64,000 bases of DNA from Octopus sinensis (lineage: Eukaryota): NCBI RefSeq assembly GCF_006345805.1, contig NC_043011.1, forward strand, positions 8,556,001 to 8,620,000. The letters run 5' to 3'. The position numbers were made by a program, and so were the translations under genes. Of this stretch, positions 1 through 12,454 are shown piece after piece. The notes under the pieces were generated by a model. That model saw nothing but the letters and a program-made list of their open reading frames with translations, had not been told where the DNA came from and searched no databases. Numbering within the stretch: position 1 is the stretch's first letter; each line of letters begins with the position of its first letter.

Positions 1-77
1 TCTTCCACAGAAAGGACACAGAAAGAAACAAGGAGAGAAAAAATGTGTGTGTAGTGCCTAGCGATCTATCATGGCGA

Positions 78-80
<3 letters not shown>
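1..80 (-). mobile_element. Truncated copy of a short dispersed PLE-like repeat (same family as 6165-6320 and 40187-40335)
   Basis: Starts TCTTCCACAGAAAGG, matching CTCTTCAACAGAAAGG at 6271. Its tail AAAAAATGTGTG..GATCTATCATGGCGACT matches 40290-40332. It abuts (TA)n. Confidence 0.5.

Positions 81-137
<57 letters not shown>
81..137. repeat. (TA)n microsatellite
   Basis: Perfect dinucleotide run. Confidence 0.97.
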
Positions 138-139
<2 letters not shown>

Positions 140-364
140 TATAATTAAAACCTCTAAGGATGGTTAAAACCAAAGATGCTCCTGCCGATTACCTGCGTAT
201 GTACAGTCCTTGGTAACAGATATACGGTGGCAGGTAATTCAGCAGGTAAACCGTAGTTTAAATTATATGCAAGAAGAAAATGTAGGAAAAATAACAGGAA
301 ATTGTTCGTTTGCGCTAGTAAGCCAACGACCAACTTCTTCCTCTTATTTTCCCTCCATTTTCTT

Positions 365-1014
<650 letters not shown>

Positions 1015-1082
1015 TTTGAATTTACAAAAACACAAAAGACGAGGACAGGTGTGTAAACAACAGGTGTGTTAGATTTACAATC

Positions 1083-1244
1083 CAATAATTTATTTATATT
1101 ACAATATTACATCAAATACTATATAAGACGAAACAATTTGTTGGCCTTTTATGGATTTTATAATTGTTTATATAATATAATGTTATGTTATATATAATAT
1201 ATTCATAATATTTAATGTAATATTGTAATATAAATAAATTATTG
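1083..1244. repeat. AT-rich inverted repeat with 30-bp arms (1083-1112 / 1215-1244)
   Basis: CAATAATTTATTTATATTACAATATTACAT is the reverse complement of ATGTAATATTGTAATATAAATAAATTATTG. Confidence 0.85.
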
Positions 1245-1466
1245 AATGTCAGTATATCTCAATATTTAATTTATCTTTATTATTGAATTATACCAATTTA
1301 TATGGTATCCAACTGAAGTACCAGTGAATTGGTTGTTTAACACATCCCTTTGAAGGATTTCTTCTCAGTTTGTTACTTTTAATATATATATATATATAAA
1401 TTTTTTTGCGTAATGCGATAAAAAAAACCAAGGCTGTGTAGATTTTAGAACATTTACAGATAGAAT

Positions 1467-1518
1467 GTCTTACAGCTGTTTCCAGGATATTTATTAATTA
1501 TATCTCTTCATCGGAGAC
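1467..1518 (-). ncRNA. Minimal type I hammerhead ribozyme motif of PLE type, core variant CCGAUGA
   Basis: Minus strand reads gtct-CCGATGA-agagatat...atatcctg-GAAA-CAGCTG-TA-agac. This gives stem I gtct/agac, a stem II, a palindromic stem III and a GUA cleavage triplet. Confidence 0.7.
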
Positions 1519-1769
1519 GGTGTGAGAGGATGGTTAAGCAATAGTTAGTTAATTTAGATAAGATATAGAATAGAGAGTGAGGTGGAGGAAATAAAAGATG
1601 TGAGATATGTAGGGATATTGAATTTGTAGATCCATTTTTTAAGGGCAGAATGGTATACATATAAAATTCCAATGTCTTGTGAGTAAAATCCAAAAGTATT
1701 TAAAATAGGTCATTCCAACTATACAGTTTATACACAGTGTTATAGAATCAAGGGTTTTATTTAAAGTGA

Positions 1770-1801
<32 letters not shown>

Positions 1802-1804
<3 letters not shown>

Positions 1805-2020
1805 GTTAAAAAAAGTATCGGACTTTATTTTTTCCCGCCAAAATTAATACAGCTTAGGAAAAGCCTTTGGATGGGAGGTGATGCTACCCTTCCTGCACAC
1901 GTATAAAGATTTTCGTGCCGGTAGACTGCGTCAGTTCCCAGCTGTTAGGCCTAGAGTACAGACGTATAGTGTGCGCTCGTTGGATCTTTGGTCTTCACGC
2001 AAGATGACCGAACGTTGTTG
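1802..2020 (+). mobile_element. Probable mariner 5' end (degenerate TIR, leader and ATG)
   Basis: TA-adjacent AAAAAGTATCGGACTTT TIR-like start and ATGACCGAACGT; assigned by resemblance only. Confidence 0.35.
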
Positions 2021-2029
2021 TCTCATCAC

Positions 2030-2203
2030 CGTATTTCGTCTGCCGCTACGTTCTGAGTTCAAATTCCGCCGAGGTCGACTTTGCCTTTCATCCTTTCGGG
2101 GTCGATGAATTAAGTGCCAGTTACGCACTGGGGTCGATGTAATCACCTTAATCCCTTTGTCTGTCCTTGTTTGTCCCCTTGTAGGTAGTAAAGAAATAGG
2201 TAT
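2030..2203 (+). mobile_element. tRNA-derived SINE family 1 (GAGTTCAAATTCC box B; GTCGACTTTGCCTTTCATCCTTTCGGGGTCGAT core)
   Basis: The same core recurs many times in the window on both strands. Confidence 0.85.
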
Positions 2204-2397
2204 CATGAGAGCGTCCCATCTGTAGGCTATTTCCTTTAAGCAGTACTTCTCAGCCATTTCGTTAACGTATGGACCTATTTGGTTCCTAGTTTATTCAGGA
2301 GAGAGGGACCCTCCAACGATAGGTTCATGATCAAATATTAGGAATTGTATGAAAAATTGTTTAAATATTTTGTGTGTTATGGAAAGAAATGTAACCA

Positions 2398-2695
2398 GTT
2401 CGATTCACTTCAACATTTAAATTTGTCAAAATATTTTCGTCGCTTTCAGACCGCGACCTCTTCACTGACAAAACTTCGTGCTGCATCTCTGACACGCAGT
2501 AAATAGGTCGCGGTCTCAAAGCGACGAAAATATTTTGTCACAAATTAAATTTAAATGTTGAAGTGAATCGAACGGTTTTTGTGTGTTTCTTTAAATGGCT
2601 TATAAACACCTTCCTCGCTGCAATTGTTTTCGTTCCAGTACACGATCTCAGATCAAGTCACTTGCTATGCAAGTACATCTCCGTATAACCAGTTC
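2398..2695. mobile_element. PLE-type palindromic insertion with a hammerhead-like motif (2422-2472, minus strand) and a 10-bp flanking direct repeat
   Basis: Inverted arms about 2398-2459 and 2505-2573. Minus strand reads tttgtca-GTGAAGA-G-gtcgc..gcgac-GAAA-ATAT-TT-tgacaaa. TAACCAGTTC occurs at 2392-2401 and 2686-2695. Confidence 0.65.
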
Positions 2696-2739
2696 ATTGC
2701 AGATAAATTTTAACAGCAAAATCTTATAAGGACTCAGTT

Positions 2740-3080
2740 TGCGGACTTCTGGCCCAGTGGATCATCGTGATCCTCGCGGAAGAGCTCGTTCAATTGCCCA
2801 TCATTGATCTAAACAAGTTGGCCGGAATGCAGAGCGTTTGTGAAGTCGATTTCCCCTCCTTGGAGCGTGGAAAACCATCTTTGTACAGTTCTTTCTGTAA
2901 CAGTGCCTCCTCCCCGTTCACAGTACAAACATCTCGGGTGGTTTTGGCAGCTTCGGTATCTTGATTGAAAAGCAAATAGAAGCAGGTGTCGAAAAAATTC
3001 ATTCTTTTTTTGTTTTTGACACTCCATCGTCATATGCCTCGAAAAAGGGTAAAATTTATTCAAATTTCAGAAACGAGAAA
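2740..3080 (-). pseudogene. Mariner transposase N-terminal HTH remnant, frameshifted
   Basis: Joining frames gives MECQKQKKNEFFRHLLLFAF/NQDTEAAKTTRDVCTVNGE/GTVTERTVQRWFST..DFTNALHSG, the Mos1-type HTH region. Confidence 0.8.
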
Positions 3081-4002
3081 CAGAAGTTGTAAAGCAATAA
3101 TAAAACTACCCCACTCCACAAAAAAAAACAAAAAAAAACCGTAAGACACCACAATAAAAGTATTTTCCCCTAAGGTTAATTTAAGAACGTTTCTGTTAAA
3201 TTTATAACATACCTGTTGATGTTATGTAACAAACTGCGCTGTGTAACCACAAGGGTTTCTTTTTATAGAAAGGAGGAAAATGAGATCAGGGTGGTGAATT
3301 GTTAAAAGGGGTGATTGCAGAAAAATTGTTATTAATAAATTGTTCACATTCTTGGAGATATCATTTACCGGGTAGGTTAGGTGAATTTGTACACTTGAAT
3401 ATCTTTCTTTACCACCACCACCACCACCCCTCGCACTCTTCTTTCTCTCGTCTCCGCCTCTTTCTTTCTTTATAAGGGTAGATGTACTCAGGGTGGTGAA
3501 TGAATTAGGAAAGGGGTGATTTGCAAGAAAAATGGTTATGAATCGCTTATTTCACATCCAAGGAGATTATCGCGCGCAGGATAGATTTAGCAGATCGTAC
3601 ATTCGAGTCTCTCTCTCTCTCTCCTTCGCCTCTTCCTTTCACTACCACACACACTCTCACCGTACCCTTGTTTTCCCTGTCTCCCCTTTCCTCTCCTCTC
3701 TTTGTCTCTCTTTCAAACACACACACACACACATCCTTTTCCTTTTCCGAAAACTCCCAACTTTTCGAGATTCTTATCATTCTTAAGAACTATCACACTT
3801 AACACCAACCGAAAGAGTGCCAATAATTAACAAACAGCTAAGAAGCATGAATAAAAGTACGAATGGTAGTAGAGGTGATGGTGGTGGTGCTAGTGGTAGT
3901 GGTGGTCGTGGTGGTGGCTAATGTTGCAGCTTTTCTTGGCGGTGTATCCAGGGACAATATTTTAAAAAAGAAATATTCACATCAAACTCTTGATGACCGT
4001 TA

Positions 4003-4432
4003 ATATCGGTTTCAATTTTTGGCACAAGGCCAGCAATTTCGGGGGTGGGGTTAAGTCGATTACATCGATCCCCAGTACGACCCCGAAAGGATGAAAGGCA
4101 AAGGCGACCTCTGCGGAATTTGAACTCAGAACGTAACGACAGACGAAATACCGCTAAGCATTTCATCCGATCTGCTAACGTTTCTGCCAGCTCGCCGCCT
4201 TAATATGAACCCAATATTCTTTCTACGCTATGCACAAGGCCCAAAATATTTGGGAAGGGGTCCAGTCGATTAGATCGACCCCAGTTCGCAACTGGTACTT
4301 AATTTATCGACCCCGAAAGGATGAAAGGCAAAGTCGACCTCGGCGGAATTTGAACTCAGAACGTAAAGACAGACGAAATACAGCTAAGCATTTCATCCGA
4401 TCTGCTAACGTTTCTGCCAGCTTGCCGCCTTA
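4003..4432 (-). mobile_element. Two tandem SINE family 1 copies
   Basis: CCCCGAAAGGATGAAAGGCAAA..GAATTTGAACTCAGAACGTAA..GCCAGCT(C/T)GCCGCCTTAA repeated at about 4080-4203 and 4310-4432. Confidence 0.85.
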
Positions 4433-4917
4433 AAAATAATCGCAAATATTACAAAATCCATTAGGGTACCTGGTTTTCTCCCTCTTTCCAAACAACAGAC
4501 CCAACGTTTCCCCCGTTTGTCGCAAAAAACAAAAACAAAACAACAACAAAAAAAGGGCGACTAAAAGAGTTTGGGGTAGGATTATCCACTCCCAAACTCG
4601 ACAAAATCCGCACCAGCAAAGACAACCAACTCCAAATAGACCCCATGATGTGGCTGTGATTGCTCTTTAGGGGCTGGTCTGGCGTTAAACCGGAGTAGTG
4701 CAAACCTGAGTATTGCCAAGAACAGTAGGCAATCACCAACAAATGGTATTAGTCTTCATGTTTAGTAGTAGTAGTAGTAATAGTAGTAGTGGTAGTGGTC
4801 ATAGTCGTGATGGTAATAGCAGTGATCGTTGTGGTGCTATTTTTCATATTTAGTAGTAGTAGTGTTGGCGATGGTGGTTGTGGTGATAGTATTTTTCATA
4901 CTTGCCAGCAGTAACAG

Positions 4918-4956
<39 letters not shown>

Positions 4957-4959
<3 letters not shown>

Positions 4960-5396
4960 CTACGGTCACTGCCACATCGATAATCTTCCCTCTGCCGTAA
5001 GGCTTCATTTCCACACACGCCACCTGAATTCAATTCGTCCCCAGTCGAAAGACGCCTGTTGTTATGTGCTGTTGTTGTTATTCTTTTTTTTTTTTGTATT
5101 TATATTCGTGTAACATCGTCCGTTTTCCATCCTTGCTTCGTATACATTCGATCCTTTTTCCAAGGAATCTAATGCTCTTAGCTTAGTTTTTCCTTGGGGC
5201 TGGCCAGATTGGAGCAATCTCAAGATTAATCAGCCAAAATTGCGAGGATGATCCGGTTCTTGACTGAAGATAAAAGGCTTCGAATGACCCGTCCTTGTTT
5301 TTTTGTATCGTCTATCTGGATGTTTTGTTGTCCCTTTTTGTATCACCTAGTTGTCCGGATGTTTTGCGTTCTTGTCCCATTTTGTATTTTATTTCA
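4957..5396. mobile_element. Unclassified 440-bp insertion in (TA)n, possibly a solo LTR
   Basis: TG...CA termini between two TA runs; no other diagnostic feature. Confidence 0.35.
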
Positions 5397-5670
5397 TATA
5401 TATATATATATATATTTGTGCCTGGTTATCATCCCCAAACAACCGATAATACCAGGCACATCACTAAAGATGTGTCCAGATGCATCAGTCATTGATGTAG
5501 GCACACAACTGGAGTAGTAGTGTTGGCGATGGTAGTAGTAATGGTGGTTGTGGCGGTAGTATTTTTGATACTTGCTAGCAGTAACAGTCGTAGCGATAGT
5601 AGTAGCAGCAGTATAGGCGGTGGTTGTAGTGGTAGCAAATATAGTACTTTTATATTATTTAGTAAGTGTT

Positions 5671-5890
5671 ACGGCGGTGAGCTGGCCGAATCGCCAGCAC
5701 GCCGAGTAAAATATTTAACGGGCATTTCGTCCGTCGTTACGTTCTGAGTTCAAATTCCGCCGACGTCGACTTTGCCTTTCATCATTTCGGGGTCGATAAA
5801 ATGAGTACCAGTTGCATACTGGGGGATCGATGTAACCGACTTACCCTCAGCTCCGAAATTGCTGGCCTTTTAACAAAATTTGAAGCTAGT
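5671..5890 (+). mobile_element. SINE family 1, with tRNA-like head GGCGGTGAGCTGGC
   Basis: Head, box B and core are all present. Confidence 0.85.
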
Positions 5891-5979
5891 ATTTAGTTAC
5901 AGTAGCAGTTTTGTATGCGCCACTTAAACTGGGAAACCGGCCTTAACCTATGGCTCGGGAAGGGCCTTTGATACCCAGG

Positions 5980-6160
5980 TATAGACGTGGGTGTGTGGTA
6001 AGATGTTTATTTCCCAACTACATAGTCCTAGGTTCAGTCCCGCTGTCTGGCACCTTGGATAAGTGTCTTCTACTACAGCCTCGAGCTGACCAAAGCTTTC
6101 TGAGTGGGTTTGAGAGATGGAAACTGAAAGAAGCCCCTCGTGTGTGTGTGCGTGTGTGTA
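5980..6160 (+). mobile_element. SINE family 2, 5' half (GGTTCAGTCCC box B; CACCTTGG..AAGTGTCTTCTACTA)
   Basis: Matches the copies at 14201, 17339 and 48243. Confidence 0.8.
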
Positions 6161-6249
6161 TAGTTGAAATTTATAGGAAAACTAAAGGCGAAGACAAGTG
6201 TATGAACAAGTAGGTATATTAGTTTGACGCTCGGGAAAAGTGAAAAAGT

Positions 6250-6285
6250 CTTTGACATTTCGAGCTTACGCTCTTCAACAGAAAG
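6250..6285 (-). ncRNA. Minimal hammerhead-like motif, core variant CUGUUGA, inside a dispersed repeat (about 6165-6320)
   Basis: Minus strand reads cttt-CTGTTGA-A-gagc-gtaa-gctc-GAAA-TGTC-aaag. Confidence 0.5.
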
Positions 6286-6409
6286 GAATAAAAGAAAATA
6301 AACAGAGAATATATATATGAAAGAAAAAGATAGCAAAAGAAAAAAAATGATTGTTATGAACTGCATTAGCTTTCAGTTGTTTCTGCTGTAAGATGCAGTG
6401 CACTCTAAG

Positions 6410-6478
6410 AGCTTCATCGGAGCCTCGAATATGAAGTGCAATTTATTTGCACTTCATATTCGAGGCTGCGCTGAAGCT
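6410..6478. repeat. Hairpin with a perfect 21-bp stem and 5-nt loop
   Basis: AGCCTCGAATATGAAGTGCAA-tttat-TTGCACTTCATATTCGAGGCT, plus outer pairing AGCTTCA/TGAAGCT. Confidence 0.9.
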
Positions 6479-7187
6479 ATAAGATGTTAGAAGGACTTCT
6501 TCCCCACTCATTGGAAGTACAATCCACCCGACGAGCTGCTATGCTTTGGTCGGTCAACATGTTGTTTGAAGTAAAAAATACTTTCCCAAGATGTCACGGC
6601 AAGGGATCGAAATCGGGACTTCATGATTATGAAACCGTCATGGATGCATTCACAAACTGTGTCGTTCCGTTTTCTTGAACATTCTATGGCGTGTGATTCG
6701 TTGGAGATTTAGTTATTACTTATAGCAAATCGAGTGAGGAACTTGCCCCAAATTCCACGCTACAGGATCGAAATTGTGACCTCATGATTCCGAAGTTGTC
6801 CTTCCGCTTTCTAAGACTGTAGGGGCTGTGTTTACTGGAGATTTGGCTGTTATTTCTAGCAGGTCGAGTGACCGCGTACAGACCGTTTCTCGTTTGGCCC
6901 CCAACTGTGAATAGATTCAGTAAATTCCAGCATGGGCGGTGTAGCTCAGAACTGAGAGTAAGTGTTTCTGAGAGCTCACGTTGTTGAGCAAGTTCTTCAG
7001 TCATCCACCGGTGACCTTCCTTATCATAAGCCAGGGTCATAGCATTAATTACTGACATCAACGACCTATCGTCACAAGTGAGAGCATGCTTCGTTATTTA
7101 ACCCTCGGATATCCCTGATCGAGCACACCTATAAATCAAAAGCATTCCATCCGTGACCATCCCGTTTTTTTTTCGCAACACCTAGAT

Positions 7188-7516
7188 CAGTGGTTCTCAG
7201 CCGGGGGTTCGTATGACCTTTGGGGGTCCGTATTAGATTTTGCCGTTAAAGTCTATGCGTCGTAAATTTTATTTCTACAATACACGAAATTTTGTAACAT
7301 TTTTTAAAATACAATTCCTAATATTTAATTATCCTTTCTACTATAGGCACAAGGCCTGTATTTGAGGGGAGGGGGACAGTCGATCACAAATGATATTTAA
7401 TCATGAAAATATAAAAGGATTTTTAAAACATCGAGTGGTTAATGAGGGTCTACCGAAATAAAAGAGGAATCGAAAGGGGTCTGTAGGTAAAAAAAAAAAA
7501 TGGTTGGGCACCATTA
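7188..7516. mobile_element. hAT (Charlie/MER5-like) MITE
   Basis: CAGTGGTTCTCAG...GTTGGGCACCATTA termini; 8-bp TSD ACCTAGAT/ACCTAGAA. Confidence 0.75.
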
Positions 7517-8928
7517 ACCTAGAACTGCGTTATCGAATACTTTCTCCTTTTTCCACTCTCCCGCTCACTTTCCTTTTATTTCAAAGACAGAAGAAGGATG
7601 TAGCTGCTATTTCTAACAGACAAAGCGACCGCGTTGTGGTTCTCCCGTTGATTCCAAGCGAGAACATGGATGTTCCTGCTGCCTGTGTATACTCTACCCA
7701 CGCATATTACTGGCTATTTATTTATTTATTTTGTCGCGCCCAGTTCGACGGAAAGGGCCTAACGTAAAACTTGAACCCAGAGCATAATTGTCTGTGAGAT
7801 ATTTAATCTGAGCGTCGTATCGTTGCAGCAGTCCATCGTGGTTGCGGGGCTTTCTGTGAAAACCTATCCGAATTGCTAGAAAGAGTAACGATGTGGTCCT
7901 CCTCAAATTTGTTGTCTTAAACCCAGAAAGAACACATTTAGTAACTGGTGAATGTACATACACACACACACACGTACATACGCGCGCGCGAGACGCCTTA
8001 ATTATAAGCTTTGCTCAAAGAGAGCTAGCTAGCCTCGGGTTTAAACAATAACAGCCAGCCACAATACAGGTGGTGGTGGTGGTGATGATAATTCTTATGG
8101 TGTTGCTAATGATGATGTTGATGCTGATGGTGTTGATGATAAGACAAAAGCGGTGATGTTGATGATGGTTACCGCTGTAAAGCCCTTCCCCCAATCAGTC
8201 AGCTCTACTCGAACGCACCAGTGATCAAAGGCGTTCCAGCCACGACCACCCTCACTCTGTTTATATATCTTAGGACTACTACGTTGTCCAAATGCTTTCT
8301 TCTCTTTTCTGAATTAGCATATTGCGATCTGAAATAGATCTGACTGCTATTTCTAGCAGGTTGAGTTGAGCGACTGCATAAAGGCACCTTGGTTGATGTA
8401 TTAGTAGTAATAGTGGTAGTAGCAGCAGCAACTGTGGTGGTAGTAGTAGTAGTTCTTGTTCATTAGCTCCAGGTGAGGTCTGAATTAGCAAACCATAACC
8501 ATTTTTTTTGTCGAGGGCGTTCCAGTTATGACCATCGCATCGATTTTTCAGACATAGTTTCTATTTCTGACATTATCTCAATGTGATTTGGTAGATGACA
8601 CCCGTCACTCTCTCCCATTACGCGTATCACAAGGGCTGTTGGTGTTGCTCAACCCCAGACCAGCCCCTAAAGAGCAAACACACCCACATCATTTTCTGTA
8701 CCCGGCACCGCTTTATCTCTTCCTTCTTTCATTTCTAAAGATGGTAGGAAGGAGTGAGTGTAAATATGATGGGAGATTAGGGTGCTATTTCTAGCGGCTT
8801 GAGCGACTGCGTAATGGTCCAGTAGTAGGGATGGCTTGAGTAAAAATGGTAGTAGTAGTAGTAGTAGTAGTAGTAGAAGTAGTATAATTCCAATATTGAA
8901 ATTTGTCTACTTTGGTGTGTGTGATTTG

Positions 8929-8965
<37 letters not shown>

Positions 8966-10050
8966 ATGAATGTATGTACATATAGGAATGTATGTGCGTA
9001 TGCGTGTGTGTGTGTGGTGTATGTATTTATATGTATGTGTAACGTAGTTTAGCCCGAAGCCAATTTTGACGTATTAGTCAATGATAATTTTTTTTTTAAA
9101 TGTTCCAGCCGTGACCATACCATCTTTTACCCAGCCATCACGTATCCAATACTACACTATTCAATGAATTCTCAAAGCGCAGTTTGTTTTAAGATGACAA
9201 GTTAGGATTTTAAGGAAATTTGGCAACTATTTCTAGCATTTCAAGCGACCGCCTGAAGACACCTATTTTGGTCTCACATGGACCGTTAGAATTGCGTTTG
9301 TGTGTGTGTGGATGTTTATATGTATTATATATATATGTATATATGTGTGTGTGTGTGTACGTGTACGTAGATACACACATGCATATATGTATGTGTATCT
9401 ACATGTGTGTATAAATGTGTTAATAGATATTTCTGTACATAGATAATATATGTGTATTTTCACGTATCCATGTGTTCATTGGGCACATCTATGATGATGG
9501 AGATGATGATGTTGATAATCTTTGCGCAGTTGGGATAATCTCGTGTGTGTGTGTGTGTGTGTGTGTGTGGTGTGGTGTGTGTTGTTTGCAGTGCGTAATT
9601 TTGTGGGTTTAAATATTAAGAAACGCAATGATAAAGTCTTTACACACGTCTACTAATTAAGGCTTATGTGTGTGTGTCTTTGATGTGTAATAATAATGCG
9701 TGTATATTATTAAATTAGCCCCCAACTCAAGTTTGATCGAGTGGGACTCATGCTCTGAGGCCCTCCTGCTGTGACCATCTCTCTTTAACGCGTTCTTCCT
9801 TTTTGTAAAATGCTGGAGCTTAGATGTTAAAGGAATTTGATTGCTATTTCTAGCATATCGAGCGACCACATCGAGTCTCCTACGTGTATATTCAGCAATA
9901 AGTGTGTGCATGTGTAACTATCTATAGTATGTGTTTCTGTTTAAACACTGTATCCTTTACCGTTTATTTTATCTGTTACTGGTTTCAGTCATTGGAAGAT
10001 TTTAGTCCAACAAATCGACCGCAGTACTTAATCAAAAACAAAAAACCTAG

Positions 10051-10497
10051 TCATCATCATCATTGTTCGACCGTGGTGGAGACAATGGAATTTACCATGC
10101 TACGCCAGACTTCACGGTCCATCATAGCATTACGGAGGTCCTGTTGCTGGATGCCTGTATCCCTGGAGACTACATCAGGGTAGGAGAGTGTGCGCCCTCT
10201 GGTATCGCGAGCAGATGGCTTCCAGGGAAGAAGAGTAAAAATTACCCCGTTTTCAGCTCTACAACCAATGTCTAGCAAACTGGACTCTTCTACCTTTCAC
10301 AAGAGATGATCACTTTGGTTGGATGATGCTTCCACGAGAGATTTTGAGCTCTCATAAGGAGGCGAGTGTAGGTTCCATCCAACACCTCTCAAGCTTCTTT
10401 GATAACGTCCAGGTTTCTGTGGCTTTGAAGATTTCAAGTTTGAAGTCTCTACTTAGATTTGATGACCAGATCTTATGCATGTGATTACAGGCTGGCA
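10051..10497 (-). mobile_element. RTE-clade LINE 3' end, decayed, with (GAT)n tail
   Basis: Translates to NHMHKIWSSNLSRDFKLEIFKAT..ETWTLSKKLERCLDGTYTRLLMRAQNLSWKHHPTK..NAMMDREVWRSMVNSIVSTTVEQ*. Confidence 0.85.
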
Positions 10498-10997
10498 AGT
10501 AGTTAGTTTATCGGTTCTACCGTTAAGTTACGGAGACATAAAGAAACCAACACCGGTTGAGAAACGGTAATGGGGGACAAACATGCACACACATAATATA
10601 TACAGCAGACTTTTTTCCATTCTCCATCGACCAAATCCACTCCCAGGGCTTTGCTGGTCTTCATGTTGTAGTCGACGCTAAAGACACTTGCCCAAGGTGC
10701 CGCCGTATGTATCATCGATATGTTTATTAAAATGCGGGTTTATTTGCATTTCGTAATGAATAGGTTTAATAATAAGGTGTGTAGGTATGTGTGTGTGTGC
10801 GTCTATTTATAAGCGTGTAACTGCGTGTGTATGTGTGTGTGTGCGTGTGTTTATCCTTTACTCATTAGTTATGAATGAATGAATGAACGAGGAAAGGGTA
10901 GTCGAGGCTGACTGGAGGGGGAGGAGGAGGAGTAATATATATATAGAGAGAGGGGGGGGAGACAAAAGGCAATCAACGATGATTTCATTTGTTGTTC

Positions 10998-11026
10998 TGA
11001 CGTCACTCGTAAGCATCGACCAATAA
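10998..11026. promoter_or_regulatory. Full CRE palindrome (TGACGTCA) with an adjacent CCAAT box
   Basis: TGACGTCA at 10998-11005 and GACCAATAA about 12 bp downstream, in non-repeat sequence; function unproven. Confidence 0.3.
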
Positions 11027-11029
11027 AAC

Positions 11030-12195
11030 CTCTCTTTCCTTTTCTCTCTCCTCCGTCTTATTCGTTCTCCCTCTTTCTCTTCCCCCTCTCGCTTGTCCCC
11101 TTCACTTTTTCTCTCTCTCTTTTACCCTCACTTATTTTTGTTTTCCCTCTTTTTCTTCTAACTCTACTTTTCTTTTTCTGTCTCTGTCTCTCTTTCTCTA
11201 CCCTCTCTCTCTTTCTCTACCCTCTCTCTCTTTCTCTACCCTCTCTCTCTTTACTCTCTCTATTTTCTTCCTTTCGTACTTTCTTTAATTTCCCTCTCAC
11301 TCTTTCTCTCTTTTACCTCACTTTTTGTTCTCCCTCTGACCCATCCTCTCACCCATCTCGCTCTTTCTTTCTCTCCTCCCTTTCACTATTTTTGCCTTCT
11401 CCCTTCTAATCCCTCCCCCTTCTGTTTTTCTCTCTTTCCCTTCTCCTCTCACTCTTTTCCTTTCCACTCTCTCCACACACACCTACATACTCCCCCCCTT
11501 CACACCTACGCACGCACATAGAGATCCTCTTCATGGTCATGTCACTTACTAGAAATAACAGCCAAATCTTTCTGAAATCATATTCTACTGTCTTAAAAAA
11601 ACAACACAGCTCCCCACCCCGCACCACAAAAAAACGCCAAAGTTGATAACGTAGTCCTAGATAAAGTAAGCCTGAAAACGGACGGTGGGGATGGTCACGG
11701 CTGGATCGTCTTTGATTATAGATTTACTCAATCAGAGCTGACCTGGAGGTCAACTGCACAGACAGACATTCTTATTTCTCTTTCTATATACTCTCTCTTT
11801 TTTCCAGCCTTTCCCTCACTTCCCTCCCTCTCTCTCTCTCCCTCATACTTTTAGTCTTTCAATCTCTATTCTTTCTTTCTCTGTCTCTTTCTCCTCTCAC
11901 ATTCTCGCTTTCTCTCTCTCTGTCACTCTCCCTCTCCTCTTTCTCTCTCTCTCTCTCTCTGTCACTCTCCCTCTCATTTTCTCCTCTTTTTCGCATTCTC
12001 CTTTTTCTCTCTTTCCTCTCACATTATTCTCATCTTCTTTCTCTCCCTCTCCTCTTTCTCACTCTCTCTCTCTCTCTTTCCTCTCACATTATTCCCTTTC
12101 TCTCTCTGCTTCTTTCTCTTTCCCTCTATCCGTTGGTCTTTTCCCTCTTATTCTTCCTTTCCTCTTTCTTCTCATCTAATCCCTCCCCCCCTCCA
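11030..12195. repeat. Polypyrimidine (CT-rich) low-complexity tracts
   Basis: Directly visible; interrupted by a repeat fragment at about 11520-11760. Confidence 0.9.
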
Positions 12196-12454
12196 TACCT
12201 GATCAAAACCCGAACCAAACAATGCCATTACACATCGCTTTACCGATATTCTTTCCCGTCGCTAAGCAAGCGTCATCGCAGAGAAAACGAAATCGAGGAG
12301 GAGTCGAATTGGGGCTTGGGTCGGATCCTTTCGTTTAAACCGCTAATGTCCTTCTCAAAAGGGCCATCGACGATGTCACAATATCCTGTTTCTTTAACCG
12401 CCCCCTGGGAACACAACTTGTAAACGACAAGCAAATCACGAAGCACAACTTTGG

